DNA of 62,631 nt from Candidatus Liptonbacteria bacterium. Lineage in GTDB: Bacteria; Patescibacteriota; Minisyncoccia; UBA6257; 2-01-FULL-56-20. Below, piece by piece: positions 1-6,523 of the stretch (position 1 is its first letter; every line of letters starts with the position of its first letter). The position numbers and the translations under genes are program-made. Location: the NCBI GenBank assembly GCA_016182105.1, contig JACOXZ010000010.1:1-62631 (forward strand), given 5' to 3'. Under the pieces are notes generated by a model. The model was not told where the DNA came from and ran no database searches. It saw only the letters and a program-made list of their open reading frames with translations.

Positions 1-749
1 TCGTAAGCCTCAAGAAGAACAGCGCCCGCCCCATCGCCAAGGATAGGGAACATGTTGCGCGAGAATGGATTTACGGTCCTGCTCATCACGTCCGCGCCAA
101 TAACAAGATACAGCCCGCCTTCGCTTTGGGCAATAGCGCAGGCGGCCCGGAGCACAACCACAAAGCTTGAACAAGCGGCGGTGCCGTCAATAAAAGGCAT
201 ATCTGGCAGGTAGCGCTTGCCTTTTCCGTTTATGCCTAGCTTCGCGCTCACGATCGCAGCCATGGGCGGCGTCTGCGGATGGTCTGGGGTAACAGTCGCG
301 ACGAATATCCCCCTCACCTCGCACGCCTCTACTCCCGCGGCCGCAAGGACGTTATCGGCGGCCTCCGAAGCAAGGTCGCTAGTTGCGACATCCGGCTTCG
401 CGAAAAGCCTCGAGCTTATTCCGGTGTGGTCTTCGATCCACTCATTGCTCGTTTCTGTATCCCCGAACACGAATTCCTCGAGGAGCACGGTGCGATCCCT
501 AGAGTCATCTATGTTCGGCATCCGGCCGTATTTCTCCAAGAACTTCGCTTCGTGCCGCTCGCGGTGAGGCGCGGCGATAGGATCTCCTTTCCACCATTCT
601 GGGAACATCGGGAGGTCAAACCAGTTCCGCACCACAGCTCGATTCCCTTCGAGTATTGTAACAATTTCTTCGTTTGTGACGCGCCGGAGATTTTTCCCTT
701 CTTCAGCCTTGTCCACATCCACGATTCTCACATCAAACGATTTCGGCAT
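1..749 (-). CDS. FabH/KAS III-like condensing enzyme, partial (C-terminus lies beyond window start)
   Basis: Own minus-strand translation from ATG at 749-747: MPKSFDVRIV...IEDHTGISSRLFA...DGTAACSSFVVVL...GADVMSRTVNPFSRNMFPILGDGAGAVLLEAY. The Cys context and the GDGAGAVLL motif are typical of FabH-type thiolase-fold enzymes. The ORF runs off the edge, so it is absent from the ORF track. Confidence 0.7.
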   Translation of the reverse strand, partial: MPKSFDVRIVDVDKAEEGKNLRRVTNEEIVTILEGNRAVVRNWFDLPMFPEWWKGDPIAAPHRERHEAKFLEKYGRMPNIDDSRDRTVLLEEFVFGDTETSNEWIEDHTGISSRLFAKPDVATSDLASEAADNVLAAAGVEACEVRGIFVATVTPDHPQTPPMAAIVSAKLGINGKGKRYLPDMPFIDGTAACSSFVVVLRAACAIAQSEGGLYLVIGADVMSRTVNPFSRNMFPILGDGAGAVLLEAY

Positions 750-869
750 TATCAACTCCTTCGTTATGAGTTTTCAATTTACGTTTTCCAGCTAGAAGAT
801 ATACTAGCAGGAACAACAAAAAATTAAAAGGCGATCACGTACCGAATCGGGTTAAGTGCCCGCCCGATA

Positions 870-1118
870 CTAGGAAAGATGTTTAGAAACGAGTTTAGTC
901 ATTTCAAACATATTGACAGTCGCTTTGCCATCGAATACCTTCTTCAAGTTTTCATCGGCATTGATATTTCGTTTGTTTTTGGGATCCTGAAGATCGTGCT
1001 CTTTAATGTATACCCAGAGCTTTTTAACAACTTCCGACCGAGGCATTGGTCCTTCACCGACTACAACAGCTAGTTCAGGACTGATATTCACTGGCTTCAT
1101 AAACGCAGAATTTGGCAT
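870..1118 (-). CDS. SWIB/MDM2-domain protein
   Basis: 82 aa. ISPELAVVVGEGPMPRSEVVKKLWVYIKEHDLQDPKNKRNINADENLKKVF...MFEMTKLVSKHL matches the SWIB domain pattern along its whole length. Confidence 0.85.
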   Translation of the reverse strand: MPNSAFMKPVNISPELAVVVGEGPMPRSEVVKKLWVYIKEHDLQDPKNKRNINADENLKKVFDGKATVNMFEMTKLVSKHLS

Positions 1119-1205
1119 ATATTTTTAATGGTTTGTTTATTTGGACTTTTATTTATTAATAATACCTCATTCCCCGAAAAAGGAAAGGTGATTGGCGGCA
1201 AATAA

Positions 1206-1234
1206 TTGACTTATCTTTACGCTTATGATATAAA
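1206..1234 (+). promoter_or_regulatory. sigma70-type promoter for the 1289 ORF
   Basis: TTGACT-17 nt-TATAAA, about 55 nt upstream of a strong AAGGAGG RBS. Confidence 0.5.
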
Positions 1235-1288
1235 TCCCTTATTGTCCTTTGACATTAAAAAACCACAAAAACCCTAAAAGGAGGAATA

Positions 1289-1618
1289 ATGTGCCAGATT
1301 CAGTATGTCTTGGTCGTAGCAAACGAGGCAGCCGAAAAGTTCATCAACGAAGTGTCGCGCAGAGGAATGTCCCTTGGAGTGGCCGTTTATGTTCTTAGCG
1401 CTGGTAAAAGACACTATCACGACCCCAGGTATAAATTCAAAGCAATCTTCATCACTGGGGAATCCGGTGTCCGCTTCATGGAGGAAATCCTCCAAACTCG
1501 ACCCAACCAGGACGAAATTCTCTCGGGCCTAAGTGTAAATCAACCGCTCCCCCGCCTCGTCGGCCGACTCCTGCCAAAAAGAGAGCAGCCCGCAAAGCCG
1601 GAAGTGGCTTTAGGGTGA
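1289..1618 (+). CDS. hypothetical protein
   Basis: 109-aa ORF with an AAAGGAGGAATA-ATG RBS, followed by a terminator. No family recognised. Confidence 0.55.
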   Translation: MCQIQYVLVVANEAAEKFINEVSRRGMSLGVAVYVLSAGKRHYHDPRYKFKAIFITGESGVRFMEEILQTRPNQDEILSGLSVNQPLPRLVGRLLPKREQPAKPEVALG

Positions 1619-1635
1619 TCACGCGCAGGTTTGTA

Positions 1636-1665
1636 AGCCCCGGTGCCTAAATCGGGGCTTTTTTA
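1636..1665 (+). terminator. rho-independent terminator
   Basis: AGCCCCG-N10-CGGGGCT hairpin followed by TTTTTT. Confidence 0.7.
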
Positions 1666-1772
1666 TTCTAGTCAAACAATAGAAAATGTTGTCTGGCGGA
1701 GGCGAGAGGATTCTCCGCCAGAGGCGGATGCGCCTCGGGAGCAGAACCTAATATCCGCTTTCTCCCGCACAA

Positions 1773-1863
1773 AGCGGAAAGGGTGGGATTCGAACCCACG
1801 GTACCATTTCTGGTACACAGTCTTTCCAGGACTGCCGTTTAAACCACTCACGCACCTTTCCGC
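1773..1863 (-). tRNA. tRNA-Ser(GGA)
   Basis: Minus-strand GCGGAAAGGTGCGTGAGTGGTTTAAACGGCAGTCCTGGAAAGACTGTGTACCAGAAATGGTACCGTGGGTTCGAATCCCACCCTTTCCGC. It has a 7-bp acceptor stem, anticodon loop CT-GGA-AA, a long variable arm and a GGTTCGAATCC T-loop. CCA is not encoded. Confidence 0.85.
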
Positions 1864-1995
1864 TTTAAGCGGGATTGCGATTTCCTAAGCTTATTCTAAT
1901 CGCTAAGGAAATCGGGAACAAACGAATCGCACTAGCCTGCCCCGCATACAGCCCCGTTGCTGTGCGGGGCGACGCCTCCAAAAACCAAATCAATT

Positions 1996-2895
1996 CTACG
2001 TCATTCCCCGCAAGGCCGCAATTCTTTCCTCAACGGGCGGGTGGGTTTGGAAAAGCTTGTGAAACCAAGAGGTTTTGGCTTTGCCCTTGAATGGGTCGTC
2101 GAGCCACAGGTGCGCGGTGGTATTATTCGCAACCGCCATCGGCGTCGTGTCTTTGGAAATCTTTTCGAGCGCCCGGGCGAGGCCTTCTGGGTAGCGCGTA
2201 AGCAAGGCACCCGATGCATCCGCCAGAAATTCGCGCCGCCGCGAGATCGCAAGCTGGATTAGTTTAGCTGAGATAGGCGCCAAAATCGAGAGCACGATGC
2301 CAACAACGAGAAGTATCGCGCCGGCGTTCCCGCGGCCGCCACTGCGCCGCCGGCCGCCCAAAAACATCGAGCGTATAAACATATCCGAGAGAATCGCGAT
2401 GAATCCGACCAAAACCACAGCCACGGTCCCAACAAGCATATCTCGGTTCCCAATATGCGAAAGTTCGTGAGCGATCACCCCTTCGAGTTCCGAACGATCG
2501 AGGCGCCGGATGAGCCCTTCGGTCACCGCAAGAACGGCGTGCTTAGGGTCACGGCCAGTCGCAAAAGCGTTCGGCGCCTCCTCAGGGACTAGATAGACCT
2601 TCGGCATCGGGAGCCCGGCCGTGATCGTCAAATTCTCGACGACATTCCAGAGCTCGCGGTGGGACTCGCGCGTGGCAGGTGTGGCCCGCGTCATTTTCAA
2701 AACGATTTTGTCCGAATACCAATAACTCAAGGCGCTCATAAAGACGCTGAAGAAGACCGCGATGTAGAGGATCGAGGGGTCGGCGTACGCTTGGGCAAAA
2801 ATCCAGCCAATCGCGATCACGACCACGAAAAACCCGGTGAACAAAAACCAGGTTTTGCGAATATTGGAATCTTTGTATGTGTAAAGAGAGGCCAT
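1996..2895 (-). CDS. htpX: M48-family zinc metalloprotease HtpX
   Basis: 299 aa with N-terminal TM helices and the HELSHIGNRD (HExxH) motif, in typical HtpX layout. Confidence 0.9.
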   Translation of the reverse strand: MASLYTYKDSNIRKTWFLFTGFFVVVIAIGWIFAQAYADPSILYIAVFFSVFMSALSYWYSDKIVLKMTRATPATRESHRELWNVVENLTITAGLPMPKVYLVPEEAPNAFATGRDPKHAVLAVTEGLIRRLDRSELEGVIAHELSHIGNRDMLVGTVAVVLVGFIAILSDMFIRSMFLGGRRRSGGRGNAGAILLVVGIVLSILAPISAKLIQLAISRRREFLADASGALLTRYPEGLARALEKISKDTTPMAVANNTTAHLWLDDPFKGKAKTSWFHKLFQTHPPVEERIAALRGMT

Positions 2896-2933
2896 TGTTA
2901 GCCACTATCATAACGAGAAAACGACCAACGCGT

Positions 2934-3479
2934 CTAGAATTGAACTTTAACTACTTCCCGCTCCGCGCCGGAGGCCGCTTCAAAAAACTTCTCTTCGCGG
3001 AAGCCGAATGTGTCGGCGATGAGGTTCGTGGGGAAAATCTGGATTTTGGTGTTCAAGTCGCGGACAGTTTCGTTGTAGAACCGCCGCGCAGCCTGCATCT
3101 TGTTTTCGGTGTCCGCGAGTTCCCTCTGGAGGTCGAGGAAATTAGCGTTGGCTTTCAAGTCAGGATAGTTTTCGGAAACCGCGAGGAGGGTTTTTAGGGT
3201 ATTCGAAAGCATATCCTCCGCGCGCTGCTTCTCTAAGGCGTTCCCAGCCGCGCCCATCGCCTGCGTCCGCGCCTTGGTCACATTCTCGAGCACGCCTTTC
3301 TCGTGCTTCGCATAACCCTTCACGGTTTCGACGACATTCGGAATAAGGTCGTACCGCCGCTTCGACTGCACATCAATATCCGAGAGCGCCTCTTTTGCAC
3401 GGAGGCGGAGTGTGACCAACCGATTGTACGTAAAAACGAGCCAAAGAACGATTGCAAGAAGTATCCAAAAGAACCACAT
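2934..3479 (-). CDS. lemA: LemA family protein
   Basis: 181 aa with an N-terminal TM helix, then YNRLVTLRLRAKEALSDIDVQSKRRYDLIPNVVETVKGYAKHE, typical of LemA. Confidence 0.85.
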   Translation of the reverse strand: MWFFWILLAIVLWLVFTYNRLVTLRLRAKEALSDIDVQSKRRYDLIPNVVETVKGYAKHEKGVLENVTKARTQAMGAAGNALEKQRAEDMLSNTLKTLLAVSENYPDLKANANFLDLQRELADTENKMQAARRFYNETVRDLNTKIQIFPTNLIADTFGFREEKFFEAASGAEREVVKVQF

Positions 3480-3516
3480 AGTACCTTTATTATATCATCG
3501 GCGAGTCACGAATCAA

Positions 3517-3548
3517 ATAAAAAGCCCCGCCGTTAAATTGGCGGGGTT
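3517..3548 (-). terminator. rho-independent terminator after thyX
   Basis: Minus sense: AACCCCGCC-AATTTAAC-GGCGGGGC followed by TTTTTATTT. Confidence 0.6.
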
Positions 3549-3552
3549 ATTA

Positions 3553-4338
3553 TCAAACCTTGCTGTGCTCGGTCTTGTACCACGGCAATCCATCCACCAT
3601 CTCGATGGTATAGTCGCCGAAAAGGTTGGGGTAACGTTTCGTCACGATCTCTCCGACTTTACCGAAGACGAGGCGGATTTCTTCCTCAGCGAATTTGTCT
3701 GTTCTCGCTTCAAGAACCCAGCGAATCGTTCTGGGGTTTGCCGACCAGCCAATCGTGGTCGCAAGGCCATCAGGAGCCAAGCGACGCATTGCCGAAGTGA
3801 TAACCTTCTTCCGGTGCATAGGAACACCGGGGTCGTCGAGCTTAAAATGTTCGGCCAATTCGACCTGAAGCGATTCAAGCTCTCTGAAGGTCTGCGCAAA
3901 AATCTCCACCGCTTCCTCGTCTTCTCGTATGGCTGTCGGCAACCACTGGCCAAGGTCGTCAAGCCGAACAAACCGGAGACTCTCTTGGGAGATAGCGACT
4001 CCGGGGCGGTGGCGCACCAGTTCGTGCGTGAAGACTCGGCTCACATCGGCGAAGATAAAATTAATAACCGGATGTTCGATGACCGAACCGTGCTTCACGT
4101 CAAGGATGTTGCCTATGTACTCCGCGTTCTCCTTGCGTACCTTGAGGACGTTCGGGTTCATCCCCGGTTTCCAACTTCGGTAGCAGAGGCGCCCATACAC
4201 CTCGATGATCCGTTCTATATCGGTTGGAGCGTCAGACTTCCACTCCGGAGCGCCGACGTGGTTCAGGTAGGCCCGAAGGCCTTCTTCAATAATCCTAGTT
4301 TCGCCAATGAGGTATACCTGCGGTTCAACTTTTCTCAC
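3553..4338 (-). CDS. thyX: FAD-dependent thymidylate synthase ThyX
   Basis: 261 aa. HELVRHRPGVAISQESLRFV contains the ThyX RHRxxS...S signature. GTG start preceded by AAAGGAGGAG. Confidence 0.9.
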   Translation of the reverse strand: MRKVEPQVYLIGETRIIEEGLRAYLNHVGAPEWKSDAPTDIERIIEVYGRLCYRSWKPGMNPNVLKVRKENAEYIGNILDVKHGSVIEHPVINFIFADVSRVFTHELVRHRPGVAISQESLRFVRLDDLGQWLPTAIREDEEAVEIFAQTFRELESLQVELAEHFKLDDPGVPMHRKKVITSAMRRLAPDGLATTIGWSANPRTIRWVLEARTDKFAEEEIRLVFGKVGEIVTKRYPNLFGDYTIEMVDGLPWYKTEHSKV

Positions 4339-4379
4339 AACTCCTCCTTTTTTCGATTTTCAAGTGCTTACTAACCCCC

Positions 4380-4448
4380 TCGACAAGCTCGGGGTAAACT
4401 GCCCCTACCCTACACCAAAAACCGTCCTTCGACAAGCTCAGGACAAGC
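4380..4448. repeat. direct repeats of (T)CGACAAGCTC(G/A)GG upstream of thyX
   Basis: CGACAAGCTCGGGG at 4381-4394, CGACAAGCTCAGG at 4430-4442, and a partial GACAAGC at 4442-4448. Confidence 0.7.
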
Positions 4449-4473
4449 CCCTCGTGCAAGGATTTACAAGAAA

Positions 4474-5478
4474 TTAGAAATTTAATTTTTCAATATTTTT
4501 TAATATGAAATCCTTATAGGTTTTAGAATCTTCTAGTTTTACTGAATTATTGACTGATAAATTATGTAGAGAGACTGCCTGAATTGCCGCACTGTATATA
4601 AAATAAAATAATTCGTGGTCTTCATTTAAAGATCCATAATAATCCTTATATCCCTGAATAAAGGCTTTAGAATACTTTTCTCCCATCAAAATAAAAATAT
4701 CTGTAGCTGGTCTATAAATATTTATCCACGGAGAAACAATCATCCAATCTTCTTTTGGGGGATAAATATCCAAAAAAAACATCTTTCTATCTTGATAGAA
4801 AATATTATCGGAATGATTATCTAAAGAAACTACATATTTTGATTTATCGAAATTAAGGAAATACTCTTTTCTTTTTTCTAAATATTCTCGTAAAACTTTG
4901 ATTATTTCGTCTGTCTTTTCTTTCGTAAAATAATCGGGAGCAGAATACATCCAATCTTTTAAATCATCAAATCTTCTTTGGAAAATATCATAATAACTTT
5001 CATGGGTTTTTGGTTGGTGGGAATATAGATCAACGGCTTTTGTTTGCTGGAATCCCATACTTCTAAAATCCATTTCCGTTAATGATTTTTCATGCAAAAG
5101 ATGGCTGAGATTATATTTCAAATCAATCCTCTTCATTTTCATAACAACATCTTCAGCGCTATCAACATTATTGGTAACTACAACCTTACCATCGGCAATA
5201 TTTACCCCATAAACGTTCAAATAAACGTCAGGACTGAAATAATTATTCTCAAAAAAATCTGATTTATAAAAATCTATTCTTGTTTTTCGATCAGCTAAGT
5301 TCCTGAAGTGGTCGTTAAAAAACGCATTATCCCTTTTGCAAATTTTATATACGGTTTTGGGAAATAAAAATATCTGTGAAATTTGAGTTTCTATACGTTT
5401 AGGAATTAACCCTTTTTCTTCAATATTTTCTATCTTACCCTCTAAAAATGAATTGATAATTTTTTTATAATTCTCCAT
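4474..5478 (-). CDS. hypothetical protein, aminoglycoside-phosphotransferase (APH)/kinase-like fold
   Basis: 334 aa and very AT-rich. LDNHSDNIFY resembles the APH catalytic loop (D....NIF) and FFLDIY resembles the following metal-binding D motif. Assignment is tentative. Confidence 0.45.
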   Translation of the reverse strand: MENYKKIINSFLEGKIENIEEKGLIPKRIETQISQIFLFPKTVYKICKRDNAFFNDHFRNLADRKTRIDFYKSDFFENNYFSPDVYLNVYGVNIADGKVVVTNNVDSAEDVVMKMKRIDLKYNLSHLLHEKSLTEMDFRSMGFQQTKAVDLYSHQPKTHESYYDIFQRRFDDLKDWMYSAPDYFTKEKTDEIIKVLREYLEKRKEYFLNFDKSKYVVSLDNHSDNIFYQDRKMFFLDIYPPKEDWMIVSPWINIYRPATDIFILMGEKYSKAFIQGYKDYYGSLNEDHELFYFIYSAAIQAVSLHNLSVNNSVKLEDSKTYKDFILKNIEKLNF

Positions 5479-5483
5479 ATCTA

Positions 5484-6236
5484 CTATTTTTCAACAATAA
5501 ATTTTCTTTTTCCTTTATCGAATATAATATTATCTTTCCGTTCACCACGAAATTCAGCAGAAATTTTCGTTTCCTTACGAACAGAGTCATAGTCGAAAAA
5601 GATACGCATTCCCTCGCCATATCTCATTCCTTGTCCCTCTTCAACCTTATAGCCAAAAATATCCTCCATAACGGGATTTAAAAACTCGAAATGACTAGCT
5701 CCGATAATATGGAGCTTTTTGTTTTCGAGCTTGGCGTGTCGTGCAAGGTAATCAATCGCATTAAAGACACGTCCGGCTCGTTCCCGTACTTCCGGCTGAC
5801 TTTCAAACTTATCGCTTTTTTCTTGAAATCGCGGATCTCGTGCATATGTAACGTCAAATGGACTCTGCTGCGCCTCAAATTCTTTAAAGAGCTCGGTAAA
5901 ATATTCCTTGTCTTTCTGATCGAAATTGCGCATTGAGGAAATAGCTGACTTCTTATGTATATCAATACCTCTCTGATCTAATACCTCCTTCAAAATCTCC
6001 GAGGATCCCTGAGCTCGGCGCGCCGGAGAACTCCATAAAACAACAATCTCTTTTTCGGGATCGATTCCCTCAACAATTTTTTCGGCGCTCTCCCTCACTT
6101 GTTCCTCTCCCTTCTCGGTTAAATCTCTTCCTTCATTCGTGTAAGCAGATTGACCATGACGAAAAAAATCCACGATAACCTCATTGACTTTAGGCTCCGA
6201 CTCCCGACTTTCAGTAAACCATTTTTCTTGTTCCAT
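5484..6236 (-). CDS. histidine phosphatase (phosphoglycerate mutase-like) family protein
   Basis: 250 aa. DFFRHGQSAYT (RHG motif) near the N-terminus and GASHFEF (second His) later. AT-rich like its neighbour. Confidence 0.7.
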   Translation of the reverse strand: MEQEKWFTESRESEPKVNEVIVDFFRHGQSAYTNEGRDLTEKGEEQVRESAEKIVEGIDPEKEIVVLWSSPARRAQGSSEILKEVLDQRGIDIHKKSAISSMRNFDQKDKEYFTELFKEFEAQQSPFDVTYARDPRFQEKSDKFESQPEVRERAGRVFNAIDYLARHAKLENKKLHIIGASHFEFLNPVMEDIFGYKVEEGQGMRYGEGMRIFFDYDSVRKETKISAEFRGERKDNIIFDKGKRKFIVEK

Positions 6237-6276
6237 TGCTTCACAGTTATTCTACTCCAAAACTCGTCGCTACAAC

Positions 6277-6299
6277 AAAAAACCCGCATCTCGCGGGGC
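6277..6299 (-). terminator. rho-independent terminator
   Basis: Minus sense CCCGC-GAGAT-GCGGG followed by TTTTTTG. Confidence 0.5.
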
Positions 6300-6317
6300 T
6301 TCCTTTTACTTTTTACT

Positions 6318-6359
6318 TTACTAAAATTATACTGACGGTCGTCAGTATAATTTTAGTAA
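6318..6359. repeat. perfect 19-bp AT-rich palindrome (4-nt spacer)
   Basis: TTACTAAAATTATACTGAC-GGTC-GTCAGTATAATTTTAGTAA, at the right border of the AT-rich island. Confidence 0.85.
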
Positions 6360-6374
6360 GTTTTTCAATACACC

Positions 6375-6408
6375 AAAAAGCGAGCTGTTGGTCTCAAGAC
6401 AGCTCTCG
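6375..6408 (-). terminator. rho-independent terminator of groESL
   Basis: Minus sense GAGCTGT-CTTGAGACCA-ACAGCTC followed by GCTTTTTGG. Confidence 0.6.
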
Positions 6409-6523
6409 GAGCCCCGACGGGCTTGGTGTCGCCTGAGGCGACCCATTGGGGCGAGAGCGCAAGCGGGCGGACACCGCAGGAGTGGCCGAACCGGTGGTGT
6501 CGAGAGGCCAACAGCGAGCGACC
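6409..6523 (-). other. GC-rich, multi-hairpin 3' region directly after the groEL stop (unassigned structured RNA candidate)
   Basis: Local stems AGCCC/GGGCT, GTCGCC/GGCGAC and GACACC/GGTGTC, plus a long-range GCTGTTGG (6385-6392) / CCAACAGC (6508-6515) pairing. Confidence 0.3.

Noticed and set aside
279-827. 182-aa plus-strand ORF (and the 217-567 plus-strand ORF) at the window start
   Set aside because: It lies antisense to a much better FabH-like reading frame that runs off the window edge. The plus-frame peptides have no recognisable motifs.
1694-1770. A second complete tRNA gene next to tRNA-Ser
   Set aside because: Only an acceptor/T-arm-like 3' end with CCA is present. No T-stem partner, anticodon arm or matching 5' acceptor strand could be drawn.
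1643-1888. 81-aa plus-strand ORF
   Set aside because: It overlaps the tRNA-Ser(GGA) gene and the hairpin region, so it is a shadow ORF.
6409-6523. Small SRP (4.5S) RNA or 5S rRNA assignment for the GC-rich structured segment
   Set aside because: Only a short resemblance to the 4.5S 5' end was found. The conserved domain IV (GGAA tetraloop with flanking AGG/AGCA loops) and the 5S loop motifs were not found.
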